Origin: an uncultured archaeon
GTDB lineage: Archaea; Iainarchaeota; Iainarchaeia; Iainarchaeales; CSSED10-239
Direction: 5' to 3'
DNA length: 17,877 nt
Assembly (NCBI GenBank): GCA_964496765.1
Contig: CAZCAP010000001.1
Coordinates: 45,632 to 63,508, forward strand
In this document: one piece after another, positions 1 to 5,912 of the stretch
Layout: the number at the start of each line of letters is the position of its first letter
How positions within the stretch are numbered: position 1 is the stretch's first letter
Position numbers and translations under genes: made by a program
Notes under the pieces: generated by a model
What the model saw: the letters and a program-made list of their open reading frames with translations, nothing else
The model's database searches: none
What the model was told of the DNA's origin: nothing

Positions 1-525
1 TTGGGTGTTTCTGTTGCTGCAAAAACATTGATGTCCTATTCTATGCAGCTTAGAAATTCTGATGAAGTTTCTAAAATGCTAACTAACCTAATATCAAGTG
101 TAACTGGTACGTTATCCAGCATGGCAAAGTACATTGCTCCAATCGTTCTTGGAATCACAACAGCTCTTCAAAAGATAGTTATATCCACTCTTACGTCCAT
201 TGCAAACAGTGGTACTCTTGATGAAATGAACAATGCATTTAACTCATTTACAACATCAGGGATAAGCACAGGTGGAATGGATGTTTCAGGAATAGGTTCC
301 ATTGGTTCAATAGATATGGGTGCAGTTAGTCAGCTTGCTGGTCCAACAACCTTCTTAATAATAGTTGCAATCTATGTGATTGAGATAGTTATTATTATGA
401 CATTCTTTACAACAATGGTTGAACAGGATAACATAACTCTTGCAAAACTAAGAATAGCACAAACATTACCAATAGCTACCATTTTATTTATCTTAACCAC
501 AATTGTGTCTAATCTAATATTTTAA
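1..525 (+). CDS. Polytopic membrane protein, C-terminal part (5' end outside window); possibly the PilC/FlaJ/TadC-like platform protein of the adjacent pilus locus
   Basis: The reading frame is open to base 1, so the ttg at position 1 is an edge artefact rather than a start. Long hydrophobic segments are present (YIAPIVLGITTALQKIVISTL, TTFLIIVAIYVIEIVIIMTFF, LPIATILFILTTIVSNLIF). The gene lies directly upstream of, and co-oriented with, a run of class III signal peptide genes. The family assignment is contextual; I saw no diagnostic motif. Confidence 0.45.
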   Translation: MGVSVAAKTLMSYSMQLRNSDEVSKMLTNLISSVTGTLSSMAKYIAPIVLGITTALQKIVISTLTSIANSGTLDEMNNAFNSFTTSGISTGGMDVSGIGSIGSIDMGAVSQLAGPTTFLIIVAIYVIEIVIIMTFFTTMVEQDNITLAKLRIAQTLPIATILFILTTIVSNLIF

Positions 526-539
526 ATTATTGAGAAAAT

Positions 540-1022
540 ATGAAAGCAGCAAAATTAGCTACTCTGAAAAAAGCATTATTAAATCAAAAAGTAATTACAA
601 ATGTTGTTCATGATAAAAAAGGTATAAAGACTAATGAGTATCATTTAACCTATAGAGAAAGAGGAAAAACACTTGAAATTCATGATTTTGTTTCTAATGG
701 AGGACTCACCTATAAAAAAGCAATTGCCTTTAAAAAGAAATTAATTAAACATGCAAAAGATAATAACATGAATAAGATTGTTGCAAATACCTGGATATTT
801 TATGAATATCCAAAATATGCTGAGTTGTTTGGATTCAAACTAGTAGAAGGTAGTGCAAGAGATTATGAACGTCTTAAAAAAAAGTATAATGTTAAAAAGA
901 TAATAGGGGCAGATGTAAACAAATACAGATTGTATGCCTTTGATAACACAGGTAACATATGTGTAATGAAATTCAATTTTAAACATACGCTCCCAAGATG
1001 GGAATTGGATTTAAATGGATAA
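540..1022 (+). CDS. Hypothetical soluble Lys-rich protein (160 aa); weak GNAT-acetyltransferase-like pattern
   Basis: ATG lies 14 nt after the upstream stop, and the ORF has no hydrophobic segment. The stretch FVSNGGLTYKKAIAFKKKLIKHAKDNNMNKIV...YAELFGFKLVE loosely resembles the GNAT core (strand, G-rich loop, helix, then a ...LY.k.GF.. strand). The antisense ORF 863..1399 is a shadow. Confidence 0.55.
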   Translation: MKAAKLATLKKALLNQKVITNVVHDKKGIKTNEYHLTYRERGKTLEIHDFVSNGGLTYKKAIAFKKKLIKHAKDNNMNKIVANTWIFYEYPKYAELFGFKLVEGSARDYERLKKKYNVKKIIGADVNKYRLYAFDNTGNICVMKFNFKHTLPRWELDLNG

Positions 1023-1028
1023 TTAAAT

Positions 1029-1535
1029 ATGAATAAACTATTCAAAAAAATTAGCTTGAATGAGAAGGGAGATGAAGCATTTGAATCCTTTCGTCTTCTA
1101 ATTGCTTTTGCTCTAGCAACAGCTGTTCTTGTAATCATTATCGTTATGGTGGGCAGAGTAAACAACCAATCAATCATTATCAGCACAGCGAAGCTTGAAG
1201 AAGGAGTAATTTCTGCAAGCAAAGGTCCAGGAGTAACCACTGAAACCCCATTTATTATTGAAGATGTTATGCTTTCAGGAATAATTTCTAAAGATAGAAT
1301 ATCCAAGTTAACTGGATACTCAAAAAATTGTATAGCTTTTATAACAGGTCCTGGTTTTGAAAATAATGATGCATACATAGAAGTAAATAAAAAGTACATT
1401 AAAACAGATGTTTATGTTTATTGTGGTTTCGGGAATTCAATTCCTTCTGAAATAACTTCATTATTTAATTTCAATTGTCCAACATATTGTGCATTATATT
1501 TTAATGTAAGTCCACCAAGTAGCTTATACCCATAA
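1029..1535 (+). CDS. Prepilin-like protein with class III-type signal peptide (non-canonical KG|D site)
   Basis: The N-terminus MNKLFKKISLNEKG-DEAFESFRLLIAFALATAVLVIIIVMV has a basic leader, a Gly, then a hydrophobic helix of about 20 residues. Its globular part shares the motif IS..TG.S...(I/V).F with ORF 2167..2703 (ISKLTGYSKNCIAF vs ISENTGLSPDQVRF). ATG lies 6 nt after the upstream stop. Confidence 0.65.
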   Translation: MNKLFKKISLNEKGDEAFESFRLLIAFALATAVLVIIIVMVGRVNNQSIIISTAKLEEGVISASKGPGVTTETPFIIEDVMLSGIISKDRISKLTGYSKNCIAFITGPGFENNDAYIEVNKKYIKTDVYVYCGFGNSIPSEITSLFNFNCPTYCALYFNVSPPSSLYP

Positions 1536-1555
1536 CTATAAATTAATTATAATTG

Positions 1556-2068
1556 ATGAAAAATATGAACATACTAAACAAATTAAAATGGTTTTTAATT
1601 GCAATCATTATTCTAGTACTTGGTTACTTCTTTGGATTAATCATCCTTGGAGTTATCTTTGGAATAATAATACTTTTAACCATATTCTTTGTTTTGAGTC
1701 TAATACTAAATAAGTTAATTGATTTAGTTAAAAGTGGTTTTATGAAAAACCTAATTAAGATGGTATTTGCATCAGGGATCACTGTTGCTATTATCCTGAT
1801 CTTTTGGAAACTATTCTTTGTCCCCATTATCATAAAATCAAGCACAACAGGAATAACACTCATATGGGTAGTAACTGCTATTTTATTTGGAACGCTATGG
1901 AACTTTATGACAATTAGAAGAAGAGTAATATATACCTATAAGAATCATTTATTTGATTATAAACAATCAAAACAGCAACCAGGAATACACGTATGGGATA
2001 TACTTTTCATGCTTATAATCCCAACCATAATAACAGTATGCTTTAATCTAGTATATCAGATAGTTTAA
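1556..2068 (+). CDS. Small integral membrane protein (about 5 TM helices, basic loop before the last helix)
   Basis: Four hydrophobic segments are followed by a basic loop (RRRVIYTYKNHLFDYKQSKQQPG) and a final TM. I prefer the ATG at 1556 over the track's TTG at 1553. The antisense ORF 1624..1863 is a shadow. Confidence 0.7.
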   Translation: MKNMNILNKLKWFLIAIIILVLGYFFGLIILGVIFGIIILLTIFFVLSLILNKLIDLVKSGFMKNLIKMVFASGITVAIILIFWKLFFVPIIIKSSTTGITLIWVVTAILFGTLWNFMTIRRRVIYTYKNHLFDYKQSKQQPGIHVWDILFMLIIPTIITVCFNLVYQIV

Positions 2069-2089
2069 AGGAAACGTCAGAGAAATACA

Positions 2090-2097
2090 TTTAAATA
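2090..2097 (+). promoter_or_regulatory. TATA-box-like element (TTTAAATA) upstream of pilin gene 2167
   Basis: TTTAAATA matches the archaeal TATA consensus TTTAWATA. It lies in a 98-nt AT-rich spacer, about 70 nt upstream of the ATG, which leaves room for a leader carrying the RBS at 2150-2157. Confidence 0.35.
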
Positions 2098-2149
2098 TGT
2101 TTTGATTTAATGTTTTAATTGAAAAACATATAATATTTATGTCTATTAT

Positions 2150-2157
2150 AAGGAGGA
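2150..2157 (+). promoter_or_regulatory. Shine-Dalgarno site AAGGAGGA for ORF 2167
   Basis: This is the strongest RBS-like sequence in the window, ending 9 nt upstream of the ATG at 2167. Confidence 0.6.
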
Positions 2158-2166
2158 CGAATAAAA

Positions 2167-2703
2167 ATGTTAGACTTATCAAATATTTTAAAATTTAAAA
2201 ACAAAAAAGGACAAGCATTCTCAACCTTTCAATTATTAATTGCAGCTGTTGTTGCACTTGCTCTTTTAGGAGTATTAATGCCAATAATTATGAAGACACT
2301 TGGATTTGCTCAGGGAGATCCAATCTCAACCTCAAAGCAATTGCTTCAAGGTCAGGTTGATAATCCAGGAACTCTCGCATACACAGATTCCGTTGCTTTC
2401 ACAGACAAAAAAAAATCATTAACAGCATCAGGAATATCTGAAAACACAGGTTTATCTCCAGATCAAGTTAGATTTGCAAGTGATCTAGATAATGATTTTG
2501 ATGTGCTAGTTGATGGAAAAGGAATAAATTATAAAAAATCAACTAAGGGAACATACAAGATAGGAATTATCTGTGATTATATAGAAAATTTAGATGATTC
2601 AATAGATGCATACGTAGAAATACCAACAACAGCAGATTCAGGTTTATTTCCTAACATAACTGAACAAAAAGTATGTGTTGTATTCCCTAAGAGAGCTTCA
2701 TAA
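2167..2703 (+). CDS. Archaeal-type prepilin-like protein (class III signal peptide, KKG|QAFSTFQLLIAAVVALALLGVL)
   Basis: It has the canonical architecture of basic leader, G|Q, then hydrophobic helix, plus a strong RBS. It is a paralogue of ORF 1029..1535 by shared internal motifs. Confidence 0.8.
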   Translation: MLDLSNILKFKNKKGQAFSTFQLLIAAVVALALLGVLMPIIMKTLGFAQGDPISTSKQLLQGQVDNPGTLAYTDSVAFTDKKKSLTASGISENTGLSPDQVRFASDLDNDFDVLVDGKGINYKKSTKGTYKIGIICDYIENLDDSIDAYVEIPTTADSGLFPNITEQKVCVVFPKRAS

Positions 2704-2745
2704 AGCTCTTTTCCCTTCCCTTTTTTATTTCTTTTCTTTTATTAT
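2704..2745 (+). terminator. Pyrimidine/oligo-T tract after pilin gene 2167..2703 (candidate archaeal terminator), running into an AT-rich promoter-like stretch
   Basis: The sequence agctcttttcccttcccttttttatttcttttcttttatt is almost pure pyrimidine with T6 and T4 runs. Archaeal termination typically uses oligo-T. It is followed by ttatatatt and aggatga (SD-like), the latter ending 8 nt before the ATG at 2767. Confidence 0.4.
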
Positions 2746-2766
2746 ATATTTAGGATGAATTAAATT

Positions 2767-2988
2767 ATGAAAAGATTAATTGCAGATCTAAAGAAAGCTC
2801 TTAAGGAGAATAGAGGACAGGCAGAATCAAGTACTCTTTACATGCTTCTTATTGTTGTTATTGTTGCAATCATCCTAATAGCTGTTGTTAAACCAATGTT
2901 TAATAATTCTGTTAAAGCAAGTGCTAAAAAAGCAGCTCTTCCTTCTAACACAGTTACTGGTGGAACTGAAGGAACAGCTACAAGTTAA
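2767..2988 (+). CDS. Mini prepilin (73 aa; predicted mature 56 aa) with class III signal peptide, candidate major pilin
   Basis: MKRLIADLKKALKENRG|QAESSTLYMLLIVVIVAIILIAVV is followed by only about 30 residues, which include an NNS sequon and a Thr/Gly-rich tail (TVTGGTEGTATS). The gene has its own upstream signals. Confidence 0.7.
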   Translation: MKRLIADLKKALKENRGQAESSTLYMLLIVVIVAIILIAVVKPMFNNSVKASAKKAALPSNTVTGGTEGTATS

Positions 2989-3115
2989 ACTTATTATCTT
3001 TAGTTGAATGTTTCTAAATTATATAAAAACTAAACGTTATGTAGCCATAGGTTACAATTTAATAAAACGTAATATATTTAATTCTTTCTATATAATATAT
3101 ATTTGGTGCTAACAA

Positions 3116-3613
3116 ATGGAAATAGTTATATCTGATTCATCAACTTTAATATTATTATCTAAATCAAAATTGTTAATAAAACTTATTCAGTTTGTAAAAA
3201 TTCACATACCAAAAATAGTTTACAGTGAAGTGTTAAAAGGTAAAGAAAAAAATTATTATGATGCTTTTGAAATTGAAAATTTAGTTATGAACCACAAAAT
3301 TACAATTTCTGAACCAAGTCAAAGCATGGTCAATGAAATTGCAAAATTATATAAGATTGATATTGGAGAATTATATGCAATCGCTCTCGCAAAAGAATTA
3401 AATAAAATAATATTGATTGATGATAGAAAAGGAATAAATGTATGTAATTGTTTGCATTTGCAGTTGTATACCTCATGGTTACTTCTGTTTGAGATGTATA
3501 AAACTAAATTAATTACTAGTGAAAATGCAAAAGAATCCTTAAATTTATTAATAATAAATGGAAGATTCAATAAATCAGAAATAGAAGAAATGAAAAAATT
3601 AATTATGGGATAA
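3116..3613 (+). CDS. PIN-domain toxin, DUF3368/COG2405-like
   Basis: The sequence follows the family pattern throughout: MEIVISDSSTLILLSKSKLL (N-terminal acidic residue plus LI.L), ...IPKIVYSEVLKGKEK..., IGELYAIALAKELN, then ILIDDRKG and NGRFNKSEI. A GGTG RBS lies 7 nt upstream (3105-3108). Confidence 0.8.
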   Translation: MEIVISDSSTLILLSKSKLLIKLIQFVKIHIPKIVYSEVLKGKEKNYYDAFEIENLVMNHKITISEPSQSMVNEIAKLYKIDIGELYAIALAKELNKIILIDDRKGINVCNCLHLQLYTSWLLLFEMYKTKLITSENAKESLNLLIINGRFNKSEIEEMKKLIMG

Positions 3614-3615
3614 AT

Positions 3616-3999
3616 ATGACCTTGAAAAATGTAAATCTAAGACTCGATGAAAAAGCAACTAGCCAAGTAGACTTAATTATAAAACTAGATACTCTTCTTG
3701 ATAAGGCAAACGTTTATAGAAAAGCAATAGACATAGGACTTAAAGAAATTTCTAAAGAGCTTGCAATTAAATTATATTCAGAAGACGAAATATCTATGTC
3801 TGAAGGTGCAAAACTTTGTAACATTTATATAGGTGAGTTTATGGATATGCTTAGAGAAAGAGGAATAACTCAGAAGGCCTATACTCAAGAACAAAGAGAT
3901 TACATACTAAGTAACATAAATGCACTTAGACCTGCTTTTCTTGCTGAAAAAAAGAAGATTATTAAATATAATTCAAAAATTAAAAAAAACACAAAGTGA
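3616..3999 (+). CDS. UPF0175 (COG2886)-like antitoxin partner of the PIN protein, with a Lys-rich C-terminal extension
   Basis: The core LAIKLYSEDEISMSEGAKLCNIYIGEFMDMLRERGI matches the UPF0175 signature (..LY.eg.iS.g.aAel.g....eF...L.erGI). Its ATG lies 2 nt after the PIN stop, consistent with translational coupling. Confidence 0.75.
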   Translation: MTLKNVNLRLDEKATSQVDLIIKLDTLLDKANVYRKAIDIGLKEISKELAIKLYSEDEISMSEGAKLCNIYIGEFMDMLRERGITQKAYTQEQRDYILSNINALRPAFLAEKKKIIKYNSKIKKNTK

Positions 4000-4017
4000 A
4001 AATGAAAAGAAAACTAA

Positions 4018-4025
4018 TTTAAATA
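4018..4025 (+). promoter_or_regulatory. TATA box TTTAAATA positioned for a leaderless transcript of ORF 4047
   Basis: This is a perfect TTTAWATA match. Its centre is about 25-26 nt upstream of the ATG at 4047, which is the usual archaeal TATA-to-TSS distance. No SD lies in between. Confidence 0.4.
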
Positions 4026-4046
4026 CTTCTTATTATATTTTAGTAT

Positions 4047-4631
4047 ATGATTTCAAGTGAAGAGTTAAGAAAAGGACAAGTTAGTGCACCTTTCGAAGTT
4101 CTGGTTGCTGTAATTGTTATGGGTTTCGTTATTCTTGCAGGAACCTATGCACTAAAGAATTTATCTGAAAACACCTGTCTTGGAGATAAGAGAAAGGAAA
4201 TGGGTGATCTTGTTTCTTCCCTAAGAGATGTTGTTCTTGGTTCAGATCTTACTTTTAGAAATATAACCTTCCAAACAAAAGCTTGTTTCAATGCAAAAGC
4301 AGAAAGCATTCAATTGAATATCTATAATGAACAAAGTAGATGTACAGCCTACTGTGGAAGTGGAGTTAGCTGTGTTCTCCTAGAATATGTTTATAATGAT
4401 GAAGTCAAGCAACAACGTAAATATCCAATACCTCCAATCTGTACTGGTCTTCCACCAACAATAAACTTTATTACTGTTAATGCAGAATGTGGAATACTAC
4501 CAGATGATCCATGGACTTTAGTTGATCCAGTTACTCAAAAAATAATTGAACCAGGAAGATATAGATTATTTAGAGCAGAAACAGCTGCTGGAACAACAAC
4601 AGCAAACTTTTGCTTTCTAAAAAGCAAATAA
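4047..4631 (+). CDS. Prepilin-like protein, class III signal peptide (RKG|QVSAPFEVLVAVIVMGFVILAG), 8-Cys globular domain
   Basis: The leader is canonical, and QVSAPFEVL approximates the QxSxExxxL class III motif. There are eight cysteines, including the cluster SRCTAYCGSGVSC. Confidence 0.75.
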   Translation: MISSEELRKGQVSAPFEVLVAVIVMGFVILAGTYALKNLSENTCLGDKRKEMGDLVSSLRDVVLGSDLTFRNITFQTKACFNAKAESIQLNIYNEQSRCTAYCGSGVSCVLLEYVYNDEVKQQRKYPIPPICTGLPPTINFITVNAECGILPDDPWTLVDPVTQKIIEPGRYRLFRAETAAGTTTANFCFLKSK

Positions 4632-4652
4632 ATTAATGATAGGTGCAAATGA

Positions 4653-5345
4653 ATGATTGAATTTACTTTATCCAAGCTCAATTTGTTAATCTTTGTAACT
4701 GCTATTGCTGCAATTGTTTTATTTTTCATGAATACTGTTTCATCAAATCTAATGACTAGACAAGGCTTTGAGCTTGCCTACAAGACAGGAAAAGAACTTA
4801 AGGCAGCAATTGATTCTGAAAGCTATTGTACTTTAAAATATATAGACATTCCAGTTAAACTAAAAACAAATGAAAGCCTATCATCTGTATATTCTGTTCC
4901 CTATATAATGAATATATCTACACATGAATTTGATCCAATAGAACAATATGAAAATAAACTAGTAATTACTATTATGAATCAAAAAAAAACAAAAATACTT
5001 GCTGCCTATGATGTTGACTATAATGGGGAAATTACTTTCATAAATGCATTTAAAACAGATACAAATCCAAGATATTATGAGGGTGTGAATAATTGGGAAA
5101 CAAATGACGAAAATATAAATCTCAATCCAACAAGAGAAGACTCAATTGATGCAACTATCCTTTTTATTAAAAAAGTACAAGATAATAAAAATCATTTTTA
5201 CATGATGCCCTGTTCAAAAAAATATGGCTATAGAACATGTTTATATTATGTAATGCCCAAAATATATCCAGATAATGACCTGGATCCAAATGTAAATGTA
5301 AACTGCATAGAAATTGAAAAAGAATTAATAACAGAACCAAACTAA
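4653..5345 (+). CDS. N-terminally anchored extracellular protein of the pilin cassette (pilin-like, no canonical Gly cleavage site)
   Basis: MIEFTLSKLNLLIFVTAIAAIVLFF is an immediate hydrophobic helix after a 4-residue leader. An AGGTG RBS lies 7 nt upstream (4641-4645). The gene sits 21 nt after ORF 4047, and ORF 5359 follows 13 nt later. Confidence 0.5.
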   Translation: MIEFTLSKLNLLIFVTAIAAIVLFFMNTVSSNLMTRQGFELAYKTGKELKAAIDSESYCTLKYIDIPVKLKTNESLSSVYSVPYIMNISTHEFDPIEQYENKLVITIMNQKKTKILAAYDVDYNGEITFINAFKTDTNPRYYEGVNNWETNDENINLNPTREDSIDATILFIKKVQDNKNHFYMMPCSKKYGYRTCLYYVMPKIYPDNDLDPNVNVNCIEIEKELITEPN

Positions 5346-5358
5346 ATGAGATGAAATA

Positions 5359-5910
5359 ATGGTAAAAAATAAAAAAGGATTTATTGGAGCAATCGGAGAT
5401 GATCTTCCTAGTCTTATTCCAATCTTCCTTGGTTTGATTATTTTTTTCGCAGTTTTCTTGAGCACCTACAACACATACAAAACAAACACAGGCCTCTATT
5501 CACTTGAACAGGAAGCAATATCCATTTCAATGATCCTAAAATCAGAACCACTAATCCCTGATTATAATTTATTCATGAAAACTTGTAATAAAGTTAGCAC
5601 AACAAAAAAATGGAATGCATTTATTGTTGACCTACCATTGGACACAAACCAGCAGGAAATATTAAGTATTAATGATCCTGATAATCTATATGGAAACCAA
5701 ATTAAGATTTTTCCAGAAGATCCAGCAACAAACCCACCAAAAAGATATATTTGTGATGATAATCTAGAAAATCTAACTAATCTATTAAATATCAAAGACG
5801 CAACAACTAAAAAAATAACCTATCTATATCCAATAACATTACAGGATGGAAAATTTGCTAAGCCCGCAAGATTGTATGTTATTGTTTCTGAAGAACAAAA
5901 AGATGTATAA
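5359..5910 (+). CDS. Prepilin-like protein with variant site (KKG|FIGAIGDDLPSLIPIFLGLIIFFAVFL)
   Basis: It has a basic leader, a Gly at residue 7 and a hydrophobic helix. GAGATGA (one mismatch to GAGGTGA) lies 4 nt upstream. Its stop lies 2 nt before the next start. Confidence 0.6.
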   Translation: MVKNKKGFIGAIGDDLPSLIPIFLGLIIFFAVFLSTYNTYKTNTGLYSLEQEAISISMILKSEPLIPDYNLFMKTCNKVSTTKKWNAFIVDLPLDTNQQEILSINDPDNLYGNQIKIFPEDPATNPPKRYICDDNLENLTNLLNIKDATTKKITYLYPITLQDGKFAKPARLYVIVSEEQKDV

Positions 5911-5912
5911 AT

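Noticed and set aside
863-1399. A 178-aa minus-strand ORF, plus similar antisense ORFs at 1624..1863, 3319..3570, 4535..4729, 5562..5795, 6883..7086, 7770..7970, 8101..8289, 8270..8473, 8984..9277, 11651..11944, 12279..12578 and 14388..14627.
   Set aside because: Each lies entirely antisense to a longer ORF that has recognisable motifs or a coherent architecture. Their translations are low-complexity (Ile/Phe/Ser/Leu-rich), typical of shadow frames in AT-rich DNA. None has an RBS or its own intergenic space.
2407-2415. A9 homopolymer tracts inside surface-protein genes (2407-2415 in pilin 2167; 4981-4989 in ORF 4653; several A7-A8 runs in the giant gene) as possible slipped-strand phase-variation switches.
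   Set aside because: A-runs encoding Lys (AAA) are frequent throughout this AT-rich window, including in housekeeping and intergenic DNA. They are therefore not enriched in a way I can show, and all tracts are currently in frame. Only population-level length variation would support the idea.
3103-3118. A near-identical 5' context upstream of the PIN gene and the methyltransferase gene: TTTGGTGCTAACAAATG at 3102-3118 vs TTAGGTGCTAAGAATATG at 15240-15257. I considered whether this is a shared regulatory element.
   Set aside because: The common core is just the GGTG Shine-Dalgarno plus an A-rich spacer. The shared length of about 15 nt is too short to separate from chance in this composition.
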